DNA from: Catajapyx aquilonaris
Taxonomy: Eukaryota
Assembly (NCBI GenBank): GCA_000934665.2
Contig: JYFJ02002968.1
Coordinates: forward strand, 1-48,274
DNA length: 48,274 bases
Direction: 5' to 3'
In this document: positions 12,701 through 22,744 of the stretch, one piece after another
Numbering within the stretch: position 1 is the stretch's first letter
Layout of the letters: every line of letters begins with the position of its first letter
The notes under the pieces: generated by a model
Told to the model about the DNA's origin: nothing
The model's database searches: none
Seen by the model: the letters and a program-made list of their open reading frames with translations, nothing else
Program-made: the position numbers and the translations under genes

Positions 12701-15700
12701 CAGCCGTTCACAGAGATCATTTTTTGAGCAGTTCAAGCTGCAGCTGACAACCAAAATATATTTGAAGGAAAGGAAGGAGTGCTTGTCATATTTAGCGGCT
12801 ACCCTAAACGTGACGGAGTACAGCCTCATACAGGACAGCTACCCAGCAATGATGGCAAAGTGCATACCTTACATGGCCATATCCCAAACCTGCAACAGTG
12901 CCAAGGTCCAGTTGGCGAACCAAACTGCGGAGAAGTTGGAGGAGCTGTTGGGAAAGGACATGTGTCTCTCACTCTTGAGCTCCGAGCTCCACTGTGTCCT
13001 GATACACATGCTGCAATCAGTTCATGACGCTTCAGCACCTGAAAATCTGTGCGATCTCAAAGACACTCTTCCAGACCCAGATCCTCCTTGTTTTGCAACA
13101 CCAATCGCGAAAAAAGGTTTTGCGTACTTGAACCACATGTCTAACAGTGGACTTCCAATGGCTTGCTGCTTAGCCAGAGATAATTGCAGGGTGATTCAGA
13201 CTGTCTTGCTTGAACTGGCAGTATCAATTCACACTTCAGCAACATGGTGGGAGCAGCTAGCCCACATTCATCGTTACAACTTTTTTGTGGAGATACTAGG
13301 AGACGAGTTTCGTAACCCGCAAGGAGAAGCCATACCATTCATGGCACGTGATATAATTCACACGTACCTGCGAATTATCAGGACAAGGTCAGACAGTAGG
13401 CCTGTGGTAAGCAGAGCCGCTTGCCGTAGTTTGGCCACCTTTTGCCAACTTGCAGTGACCTGTTGTGCTGATGAGTTGAAGGTTCACGTACCTTCGATTG
13501 TTACATGCTTGGTTGGGAGTGCAGAAACAGGGGGGAAGCTTGCGGATGAGTGTCTTTCATTGCTCCGGTACCTTCTGGTCGAGCAGAGCGATGTACTGAA
13601 AGACGTCATAATCAACATAGAACCCTTGCCAGAAACGGATGCGTTTGAGGCCATCAGAAGAGTGATGAAGGACGGATCTGGAAAGAGAATAGGACTCAGG
13701 GAGGAGATGGAACACTTTGTGGAGAGAGTCGACAAGTACGGATGCAGAGTAGAAGGGCTCAGGAGCTTAGGGAAAATAGTAAGAAAGTGTTTGGATTCTA
13801 CGTAATGATTCACTAAATGAAATGTGGCGAAGGATCTGTTGCAAGATGGGCTTTACATTATACCGTGATAATATTGTGTTGTGAAAATCACGGCGAACTG
13901 CAAAAATCATATCTGCAATTCATCATTAAAGTAGTACATGCCAGCAAAGAAGTTATTGCAACTGTGTGCGAATTTTAAGCCATACATAATTGTTTTATAT
14001 TGATTGCTTGTTTTGCATTTTTATTGGGATTCATCAGCTTCAGTCAGGCAAAGAGGAGCTCTTTCGGATGTGCAATGAGGTGCAGCAAACGAGATTGTTC
14101 TCCAAAGACTGCATGGAAAGCCCGCTTCATTCCCTGATATTCACTTTGCTTAAGCTAGTGTCGGACTCAACCACAGAGGTAGGTGTCTAAGGTACTGAAG
14201 CCGTTCATTGGAATGTATTGTGCAAGTTCTGCAAATAATATGTGATGCTTTTACAGGTGGCGGAAGAAGCTGCGAAGTGCCTGGGAGAAGTGGGTCCGGT
14301 CAACCTGGGCACACTAGTTCTTCGGGTTACGTCAGATGTGCTGGATGCTGCTGTTGATGATGTTTCCACATGTTCCACTCTTTACCTGATCCACCTGCTG
14401 AAGTTGATTCAGGAATACCTTGTCTCGGATGATATCGACGTTGTGCAGGCTGCCTCTCGAGTTCTTAGAGGAGTCATGGCCACCAAAGAAGGGCAGGAAA
14501 TCTTCAGGAGTACGTTCATTTGAAAATAATGCTAGGGGTTGGTCACTTATGAAGTCCTTAGTACACCAAGTCTGTCTGAAGTTCGTGAAGTCTGTCGTAC
14601 GTTATAATATCAAGTGACTAACCCCTCGAAATAATCTTCCTCAAAAATAATTAAATGATTTGACTTACCATTTCCCGTGATTTCCAGATGATGCCACGTT
14701 CGCTGCTGCGAAGAAATGGCTGCGTTTGGAGTACCTGGAACCTTTCAGGCATTCTAAAAGGGCACCTGCCGTCAAACTATTTATGGACGAACAAAGGTTT
14801 ACGGAGGTTATGGGAAATGACCTCCTGTGGATTCCACCAGTCGAACAATGCACGCATGAAGAGTGGATCACGTCAATCACTTCTTCCATCCTGAAGTGCT
14901 TACAGCCTGACAATCACCTTCTCAAATATTTCTTGCCCCTAATGGAAAAGAAGGTAGGCTGCATGTTATACAAAAAAATGTTGCTGAATTCATTGCACCC
15001 ATTTTGAACTTTCAGGCTGAATTTTGTGAAGAGATGCTTCCGTTTATGTTCCTGTTGGTTTTGAATTCTGGCAATCCCGTTGTTCGAGACTTGCTGTCGT
15101 TTCAAATGAGCCAGTTCTTTGCTAAGTTGTGGGATGCAACGAAAGGCTCGGTGTTAGTTGCGGCTGACAATGGTAAGGTGCACTCTGGATGCGGCTGACG
15201 ATTTCTTACTTCTGCATCTATTTTCAGTTGAGCCCATATACCTCAAGAAGCCTTCAGTGAGAACTTTACTAAGAGTGGTGCAATTTCTGCGTCAGCTTCC
15301 CATACCACCCGACTTGGCCATCAGGTGACTGTTGCTCAATATATTTGTAAATTTAGATGTTTAATTACTTTTTTAAATACACAGCTATCCAGTCACTCCT
15401 TGGAGCAACAACTTTTGGTTGCGGATTAACTACCTGCACATCTCGAGAGCAGCTCTTTTTTGTGCGAATCACTTTGCTGCTGTTCTCTACGCAGAAATTT
15501 GGTGCGCCCAGCAAGTGAGGTATGTAATTTTCTTTGTAAATGTTCTGAAGAATAATCTCGAAGGTAAAAATGGGTACATGTCCATAATATTTTTATTTAA
15601 TTTCCATGAAGTGGTGAAGATAGTACAACAGAGTCAAGCGTCAGTTCTACTCAGTCAGCTCTGGAAAGCTTAAGTGATTCAAATCATTCCGAGGGACCAT

Positions 15701-18700
15701 ACGTGCAATCCATCCTAATGGAGGTAATTAACATTATTTTTTGTGCATTCTCTTTAATCTCAGACATTAGTAAGACATGCATAATATTTGCAATGTAATT
15801 CCCTTATTGACATTACAGCCTGGAAAATAATTAATGTGTAGTGTACGTACATTTTCATTTCCTTCAATATTGTTTGTGATTGGTTTTGTCTGAAATCGTT
15901 GCATAGGCATACTGCGAGATGGTAGAACCAGACGCTGTTTTTGGATGCGGCAATAACCAAGCGAGAAATTTGGAGAACAGAGTGCACCAGCTGGAAGTCG
16001 AAGGGCAGTGGCACAGAGCCCTCTGTTGCTACGATCTGATGATGGGTAAACCAATTTCAAGGCAACCAGCAGGTAGGACAAGCGTCACTATGTTTAGATT
16101 CGATTATTTTTTGTTTTCCTAGTTGTTTTTCTAGTATGTTGCACTGAATGTATGTTACGTGCATAACTCGTAATTGTGGTTAATTTCAGCTACATTTTTA
16201 AATGGGAAAGTCCTGTGATGTACATTTCATATTGCTTTTCAGGTGTTGCCAAGTCTCTTGCTGCTTGCGGACTGTTCCACCTCCTGGACTCATATGTGGA
16301 ACTCGAGCAGCAGCAACTGGACACTAGGGAACTCTCGGAGCACCGCTTCGAATGCAAGTGGCGCCTTGGCCAGTGGGACCTGGACTCAAACTGTGTGGAA
16401 TATGCCGCCTCTTCAGAATCTCATTTACCGGGATTCCACCAGTGTTTATATCAAGCACTGCAAATGATGCATTCTTCCAACTCTGTGGTAGATAGCGTGG
16501 AACTAGTGAGGGCTGCAAGGCTTGGGTTGTTGCCCCAGATGAAGGCCGGATTGGAGAGCAGTGAGATTCTGTACCCGCTGCTGGCAAAGCTGCAGACATT
16601 ACAGAGCATGGAGCAGCTGGCTGTAGGAGTGGATTCACTCGACTTGAGGAAGGCAGAGGAGCAGTGGAAGAAGGAGAGCAAGTGCGTGGCCGACTTCAAG
16701 CACATGGAGCTGGTTGTTTCTGCAAGATTGGCTGCGTTGAAGGAGTTGCAGCAAGTTGCCGGGTAATTATCTTTTGCGTAGTCTTTAACGACCTGTTGGT
16801 TTTAAGGCTGCCAAATGAGGTTATTTGACATATACAACAGACTGACATCATCGCAAATGTCAAACTCAACAAGCTTCATATGAGTCCTCGATGGCACATT
16901 CCAAAAAAACTTCAAGTTCTGATCCAGAAACAATAAGTAAATCCTTTCTGTGGCAGAGTCATTCCGTTCTGTGGACATTTTCCAAAGGTTTGCAAAGGTT
17001 TCTGTATTTACGGCCAACGTGTCAATATCAAGAAGCCAACAGATTTTACTTGGTTCCCTTCCCAAAACATTTAAAGAATATGAAACACCATCTGCCGTGT
17101 TACGTATAACATTATGAATATACTATTTTTAAACAGGACTGATCGCCAGAGGCACCTCCAAGATTTGACTTGCAAAATTCAGCTTAGTCTTGCATCGTCT
17201 GCAAGGAAAGCTGGCTTCTTCCAAGTGGCAGAGCGGCAGCTCTGGGATCTGAAGTCACAAGAAACAACAATGCCGCAATTATGCACCTTAGAGAGTGCGT
17301 TGCTAGCATGGAAACAAGAAGATCATGAACGTGGAAGACACCTCATCAAAGGTCTCTTGTCTAGCCTGGAACCGGATAACACAACATTGCTGGCAAGGTA
17401 AGAATAAGCAAAGTTATTCATGTGTTCAATTCACTCATTTTGTTAATTCCACCAGAACCCTAGAGCTGTACGGCAACTGGCTCGCTGAGAGCAAAGCCGA
17501 AAGCCCGATGGACATCCTGGAAAAGTACCTCAAAGTGGCAGTGAACCTGCGAGAGAAAAGAGAGGACACGGCAGCATCTGGGGCGCACTTGTCTCTGGCC
17601 AAGTACGCAGACGCCCAGCACCAAGTAATAATGGATTACATGCAATCAGGAACATACGAGGCCAAGTTGGAACTGACTAGAAAGGCCAAGGAAGAAGCTG
17701 ACAGGCTCCATAGTCAGATAACTGGGACAAAGAACGGATCGAAGGACATGCAACGGGCGATGATGATACGTAGGAAGCAAGCGGAACTGGACCACGCGGA
17801 GATCAAAAACATGAAGGAAGAGAGACGGAAGTATCTCCAGCTGGCTCTCAGACATTACCTGAAGGTAATTGAACTTGTATAGTACATCCGAACCATTCAG
17901 ATGTGACGCCGCTTTTACATGCGAGCGATATGATCGGAGACGAAACCAATTGTTTGGGGCGAAATCGCTGCTCAAATTACTGATATGTAAACGGGCAATT
18001 CCATGGCGCAGCCGTCCATACGTAACGCAAGTGTTGCACAAGAGTATTTTATTATAACAATGCCAGGATGCATGCACTGCATGCTTAATCCATTTCATGT
18101 AATGTGTGGGTATTGTTACAATAAAATACGCTAGTACATGTCTGCAAAACCTGCGTTACGTACGGACAATATGGCCGCCTTTCGTGGAATTGCCCAAACA
18201 CGGCCTGATATGTGATTTTTTTTTTTTTCTGACAGCAAATTTTCCAGATGTTCAATATGATTTTTCGTTGCAGGGCTTGTCGCAAAACAACAAGCACGAC
18301 CTGCTTGTGTTCAGGATCGTAGCCCTCTGGTTTCACGATAGCGACAGTTTCGAGTTCATCGACGAGATACTGAAAGAAGGGTTGCCATCTGTGGCCTCGT
18401 ACAAGTTCGTTCCTCTCTTATATCAGATGGCTGCCAGGTTGGATGTCGGAAACGGCTCTGGAGAGTTCCAGGAAATTCTCACCGAACTGCTAAGTAAGCG
18501 GGAAATTCTCGGGAAAAATATGATGCGTGATAACCTGTTACATCTTTTATCGGTCCAAAGAGGTGTAACCCAAAAATGTTTGCCGTTGACAGTGAGATGT
18601 GCTAAGGATCATCCTCATCACGCTCTACCTGTGATAATGGCCCTGGCCCACTCCAATGCTGATGAGGTGGAGCCTCCGTCTCCCAGGGTTGGACGAGGAA

Positions 18701-20995
18701 GGTCAAGCGTGGGAAGAGGGGCAAAGGTCGAGGAAGGAAGGGTGGTTGCGGCCAGACAGATTCTTCAGAAGCTCAAGAAAGGAAGCATGGCCTCGCTGGT
18801 TAGCAGTATGGAGGATTTTTTTCTTGCTCTCATCAGGCTGGCAAATGTGCCCGTGGACCAGGGCACTCCAGTTGGAAAATGTTAGTATTTACTGACTGTG
18901 ATTTATCCGAGGGGTTAGTCACTTGGAAGCGTCCCGTTGAAGTCCAGGTAAAATACGGATAAAATTCATGAAGTCTGTCGTACAAGCGATCAAGTGACTA
19001 AACCATCGGATTTATCTTATGGCAGCATTTTTAACAGAAATTTATTTGTGTTGATACTGATATAATGCATTTCATAACTTTACAGCAATTAAAATACCGA
19101 GCGACTTGAAGCTTCTGAGGTTGAGGAACATGGAGAATGTGGCCATACCGACAGTGACTGTTCCAGTGAGTCCAATAAGAAATTACGAGAACATTATTGG
19201 TGAGTATTTTGTCGCATTGAGTGTGTGACACAGGCCATTTTTGATGTTCGATGTTGCAGGAGTGACTGGATTTGACGACTCGTACTCGTCAGTGGGAGGT
19301 ATCAATGCGCCAAAAAAGATCACTTGCCGAGGAACCGATGGCGTCAAAAGGCCTCAGCTTCTTAAGGTAATGGATGCAACATGATTGTGAGACTCTAGGG
19401 CTTTCATAACCCATCTTGTAGGGTCAAGACGACCTCCGCCAAGATGCCGTAATGCAGCAGATCTTTACTGCCATGAACCTGCTCCTGCAGCAGAATGAGC
19501 ACACCTGGAGACGCAAGCTGCTGGTCCGAACGTACAAGGTAACTATTTGATGAGAGAAAAATTTGTGGTCGTAAATTACTTGACAGACTTTAAAATGTAA
19601 GAATTTCTCATCCAAAATTTCTCAAGGTGGTTCCAATGTCTCAAAGAAGCGGAATACTCGAATGGTGCCAGAACACGCAATCGATCGGTGACTACCTGAT
19701 TGGAACTGACGGGAAAGGTGGTGCTCATGGAAGGTACCATCCGAGCGATTTAACAGCCAGGCAGTGCCGATTGGCGATTCATGTTAGTATTTGGTGTTAC
19801 GTACAGTTTAGTGTTCAGCGAACTCATGTCGATATTTAACTGTAGGACGCAGGAAACAAGACTAATCAGAGGAAGCTGCAGGCTTACCAGGAAGTGTGTG
19901 CCAAGTTCCAGCCGGCTCTGCATCACTTTTTCTTGGAGAACTTCCATCTTCCAGGAGTGTGGTTCGAGCACAGACTGGCCTACATACGAAGGTTTGGAAA
20001 GAATCTGCCGCAACAACAGTTGTATAATTATTCGAGTGTGTGAATTGAGCTGATCAATTTTTGAGTCAACTTCAGTATTGTTGTCGAAATATTGGTATTT
20101 GTAAAAATGTGTGTTACGCAAGATGAATCGCAAGCGTTACGGAGCCAATTTGATTTCAGCATCGCCACTTCCTCGATTGTCGGATACATCGTTGGACTTG
20201 GCGATAGGCACGTGCAGAATATTCTGATTGATAAGGAAACTGCTGAAGTCATCCACATCGACTTTGGTAAGGGTTTGTCCAGCAAATTTTTGCAACGTCA
20301 ACGGCTTGCATTTTAAAAATGCTTTCGTTATGTGCGTGATTTAGGTATTGCGTTTGAGCAGGGACGTATTTTGCCAACACCTGAGACTGTACCTTTCCGA
20401 CTTACAAGAGATATTGTTGATGGTATGGGAGTCTGCGGAGTTGAAGGAGTCTTCAGAAAGTTAGTGCTTACGTTTAATGCTTTCCTTGTTCAAACTAGCT
20501 TATTACAGCATATGAAAGGGCCATTACAGTATGTACGAAAATCTGTTCATTTTTTGTTCAGGTCGTGTGAGCTGACGTTGGAGGTTTTGAGGCAGCACAA
20601 GCTGGTGCTCCTCACCATTGTTGAGGTTCTTCTGTATGACCCGCTCTATTCTTGGGCCATGACGCCTGCCAAGGCCTGCCAGCTTCAGGGAATTCAAGAC
20701 CAGGATGAGAGCAACATGTCGTTCAATGTACCTGATACAGGTTAGTTGCACCGACTAATACCCCTGTTGGTTGTGAGCTTACAATTTTCGGCTTGCAGCA
20801 GGAGGAACCGTTGCTGGTGGTGGCGGTGCCAACAAAATGGCCGAGAGAGCACTGTTGCGGATCCAGCAAAAGCTGCAGGGAGTGGAAGATGGGACGGCCA
20901 CGAGTGTGACGGGACAGGTCAATCTTCTGTTGCAGCAAGCGGTTGACCCTGCTAACCTCAGCAGACTCTTCTCCGGTTGGCAGCCGTACATTTGA
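6730..20995 (+). CDS. ATM: Serine/threonine kinase ATM (telomere fusion), PIKK family, many short introns
   Basis: Exon 1 (6730-6807) encodes the TAN motif [26 protein letters not shown]; exon 2 runs 6915-7052. HEAT region, then [10 protein letters not shown] and FAT-region segments. Kinase motifs [67 protein letters not shown] and [15 protein letters not shown] end [16 protein letters not shown] at 20993-20995. Confidence 0.96.
8947..9071. mobile_element. Degenerate fold-back element in ATM intron
   Basis: Nested imperfect inverted arms: ATTTTTACTGTG / CGCTGTAAAAAT and GTTGACAA (9000-9007) / TTGTCAAC (9023-9030). No clear TSD. Confidence 0.4.
14521..14643. mobile_element. MITE family B, copy 1 (ATM intron)
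   Basis: TIR core AGGGGTTGGTCACTT / AAGTGACTAACCCCT. Internal GAAGTCTGTCGTAC is shared with the copy at 18892-19025. Confidence 0.72.
17907..18205. mobile_element. PIF/Harbinger-like MITE family C, copy 1 (interrupted by a nested MITE)
   Basis: Left TIR CGCCGCTTTTACATGCGAGCGAT; right TIR ATGTAAAC...ACGGCC split by an insertion; TGA on both sides (17904-17906, 18206-18208). Internal AAACCAATTGTTTGGGGCGAAA is shared (inverted) with 24905-25033 and 27926-28057. Confidence 0.75.
17993..18195. mobile_element. Nested MITE with long TIRs and a 4-bp TSD (Sola2-like termini)
   Basis: Termini GGGCAATTCCATG / CGTGGAATTGCCC with long imperfect arms (GTCCATACGTAACGCA...TATTTTATTATAACAAT vs ATTGTTACAATAAAATA...TGCGTTACGTACGGAC). 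TSD AAAC at 17989-17992 and 18196-18199. The Sola2 assignment is inferred from the GRG end plus the 4-bp TSD. Confidence 0.78.
18892..19025. mobile_element. MITE family B, copy 2 (ATM intron)
   Basis: TIRs ATCCGAGGGGTTAGTCACTTG / CAAGTGACTAAACCATCGGAT; homologous to 14521-14643. Confidence 0.75.
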
Positions 20996-21454
20996 GGACC
21001 TCATGCTCTTGTTTGCTGTATAGATTTGTTCCGTATTTTTATTTTTCATATTCTAAGGGACGTTTGACTGATATGACAATGTGATTAAACAAGTTCCTAT
21101 GTATTTTTAATCGCGTTTATTGTGACTTAAGTGGTGCTTGAATTTTTATGCAATGGCTAGGGTGATTTTTAACAATAATTGCATACACAAGTATGTATGT
21201 AAGTAATGATATCGACATAACATGCAGCGATTGACCGTATCAATATTTTTCATCTGCATACAAATACAAAATGATAGTAAACAGTTACAAATTTATAATG
21301 TTAAATTCTAAATTCAACATGTCAAATGACAAAGTGGCAACTTGGCTTGTTCAGCCCTGAGGTACGGTTTGAATTGCATAGAATGGTCTTATCCTTCTGT
21401 TAGTTTTAAATCTCAGAAATAATTCCTCGTGGTATTATCACAGGCATGAAAAAT

Positions 21455-22437
21455 TCAATTAGCGAGCGAGGCTCTCCTCCTATCCATCTCCTGCAACTCG
21501 AGTATGTCCGCCTTGAGCCTGAGCTTGAGTATCTCCCTCCAGATGACCTCCCGATGCTGCCGATGCACTACCCCCATCCTCTCGAGCGAATCTTCATTCA
21601 AGCGAACCAGTGCTCGTCCGCACACCTCATGCTGCATCGAAACGGGAAACAAAATTATTAAGAGAGCGTACAATCATCACTTACACAATTTCCTCATTAC
21701 CAGCTGAAACTTGTCGCTGTACAGCGGATAATAATCGCTACAGAAGCGTTTCAGCCACTTCTGCACCTCGGCAGTTGTCCACAGGTACACCGGTCTAGGA
21801 CGAGTCGCTTTGCTCTGTAATTCAAACATTACACATTACCGTACATTGAAATGTGCAGGGAATTTTAATCTACGTATTTACGTTACATGTTATATTAAGC
21901 TGCATATTACATTTAGTTACATTATAGGCTGTCTATGCGTATAAAGGACAAAATTTGTTTGTTTGTTTGTCCAAGTTTGGTTTCCATGGCAAACAATTTT
22001 TCATTGCAATGGCTTATCATGGCAACAAGGTTTCCATGGCAGCAAAATAATAACTCATGGAAACCGGCCCTGTGAAGAATTATGTATTTAAGCTACATAT
22101 TAAGCTACACTGTACATAGCCATAAGCTACATTACATCTACTACACACATGTATAAAAGGCAAAGTTTGTTGGTTTGTTTGCTCGTCACAGTTTGGCTTC
22201 CATGGCAACCACAGTTTATCATGGCAACAGGGCAGCAACAGAGCATGGAAACAGGTCATGCGAATAATTATAATGAAGCTGCGCATTATAATTAATGCTC
22301 ACATCTTGTACGTACATGGCACATGCAACAAGTGACTCTCTTATTATTATTCAGTGGTTTTCAAGCCCCAGTTGCTTTACCTTTGGCTTGTTCACGTTCT
22401 GTCCGTCGTCCTGGTGGATGTTAGCGTCCGACTTCAT
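21455..22437 (-). CDS. ave: Aveugle/Hyphen SAM-domain adaptor (SAMD10/SAMD12-like), 115 aa
   Basis: Exons 22437-22381 (MKSDANIHQDDGQNVNKPK), 21814-21701 (SKATRPRPVYLWTTAEVQKWLKRFCSDYYPLYSDKFQL) and 21631-21455 (HEVCGRALVRLNEDSLERMGV...REVIWREILKLRLKADILELQEMDRR...). All junctions are phase-0 GT-AG. Matches the recalled Drosophila Ave pattern TRPKAVYLWT...GRALLR...REAIWREIVK. Confidence 0.9.
21932..22260 (+). mobile_element. Two tandem Helitron-like 5' fragments with repeated CATGGCAAC motifs in ave intron 1
   Basis: TCTATGCGTATAAAGGACAAAATTTGTTTGTTTGTTTGTCC (21932) and TCTACTACACACATGTATAAAAGGCAAAGTTTGTTGGTTTGTTTG (22137) show a TC start, TATAAA and a (GTTT)n tract, typical of non-autonomous Helitron 5' ends. 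Several CCATGGCAA motifs follow. Related to 1345-1451 and 33124-33252. Confidence 0.6.
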
Positions 22438-22744
22438 CCCCAGTCACCCTGATTTGACCTGAAAAGGTCACGAAAGTAATAAATTGTCCTCAACTACTTT
22501 TCACCAACTTTTTCCCTGAGAAAAAAATAATAATACTGTTATACACAAAGGAACGGACCGGATCTGTCGCCATCTTTACCTTCCAGTTCCTGTCAGAAGG
22601 AACGGGCGATTTAAGGGTGCGTTCAGAAATCGACTCAAGATGGCGCCTGCGGCCGGCTTCTTATTTTTTTTGTCCAGTTGAATTATTTCATTATTTTTCC
22701 AGCAGCGACGATTGCCAACTGGATTTCCAAGCGTCGATGAGTCG
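22438..22744. promoter_or_regulatory. Bidirectional promoter region of ave and IntS8
   Basis: Only ~300 bp separate the divergent start codons. Two oppositely oriented YY1-type motifs: CGCCATCTT (22568-22576) and AAGATGGCG (22637-22645). Confidence 0.6.

Noticed and set aside
16793..17045. Possible intronic H/ACA snoRNA ending in ACA
   Set aside because: No convincing H box or two-hairpin fold seen; the CTGTTGG/CCAACAG and TTGACA/TGTCAA arms fit a decayed transposon at least as well. An Infernal/snoReport run would settle it.
20251..20350. DFG instead of human ATM's DLG in the kinase activation segment
   Set aside because: DFG is common among PIKKs and, as I recall, in insect ATM; it is not evidence of novelty.
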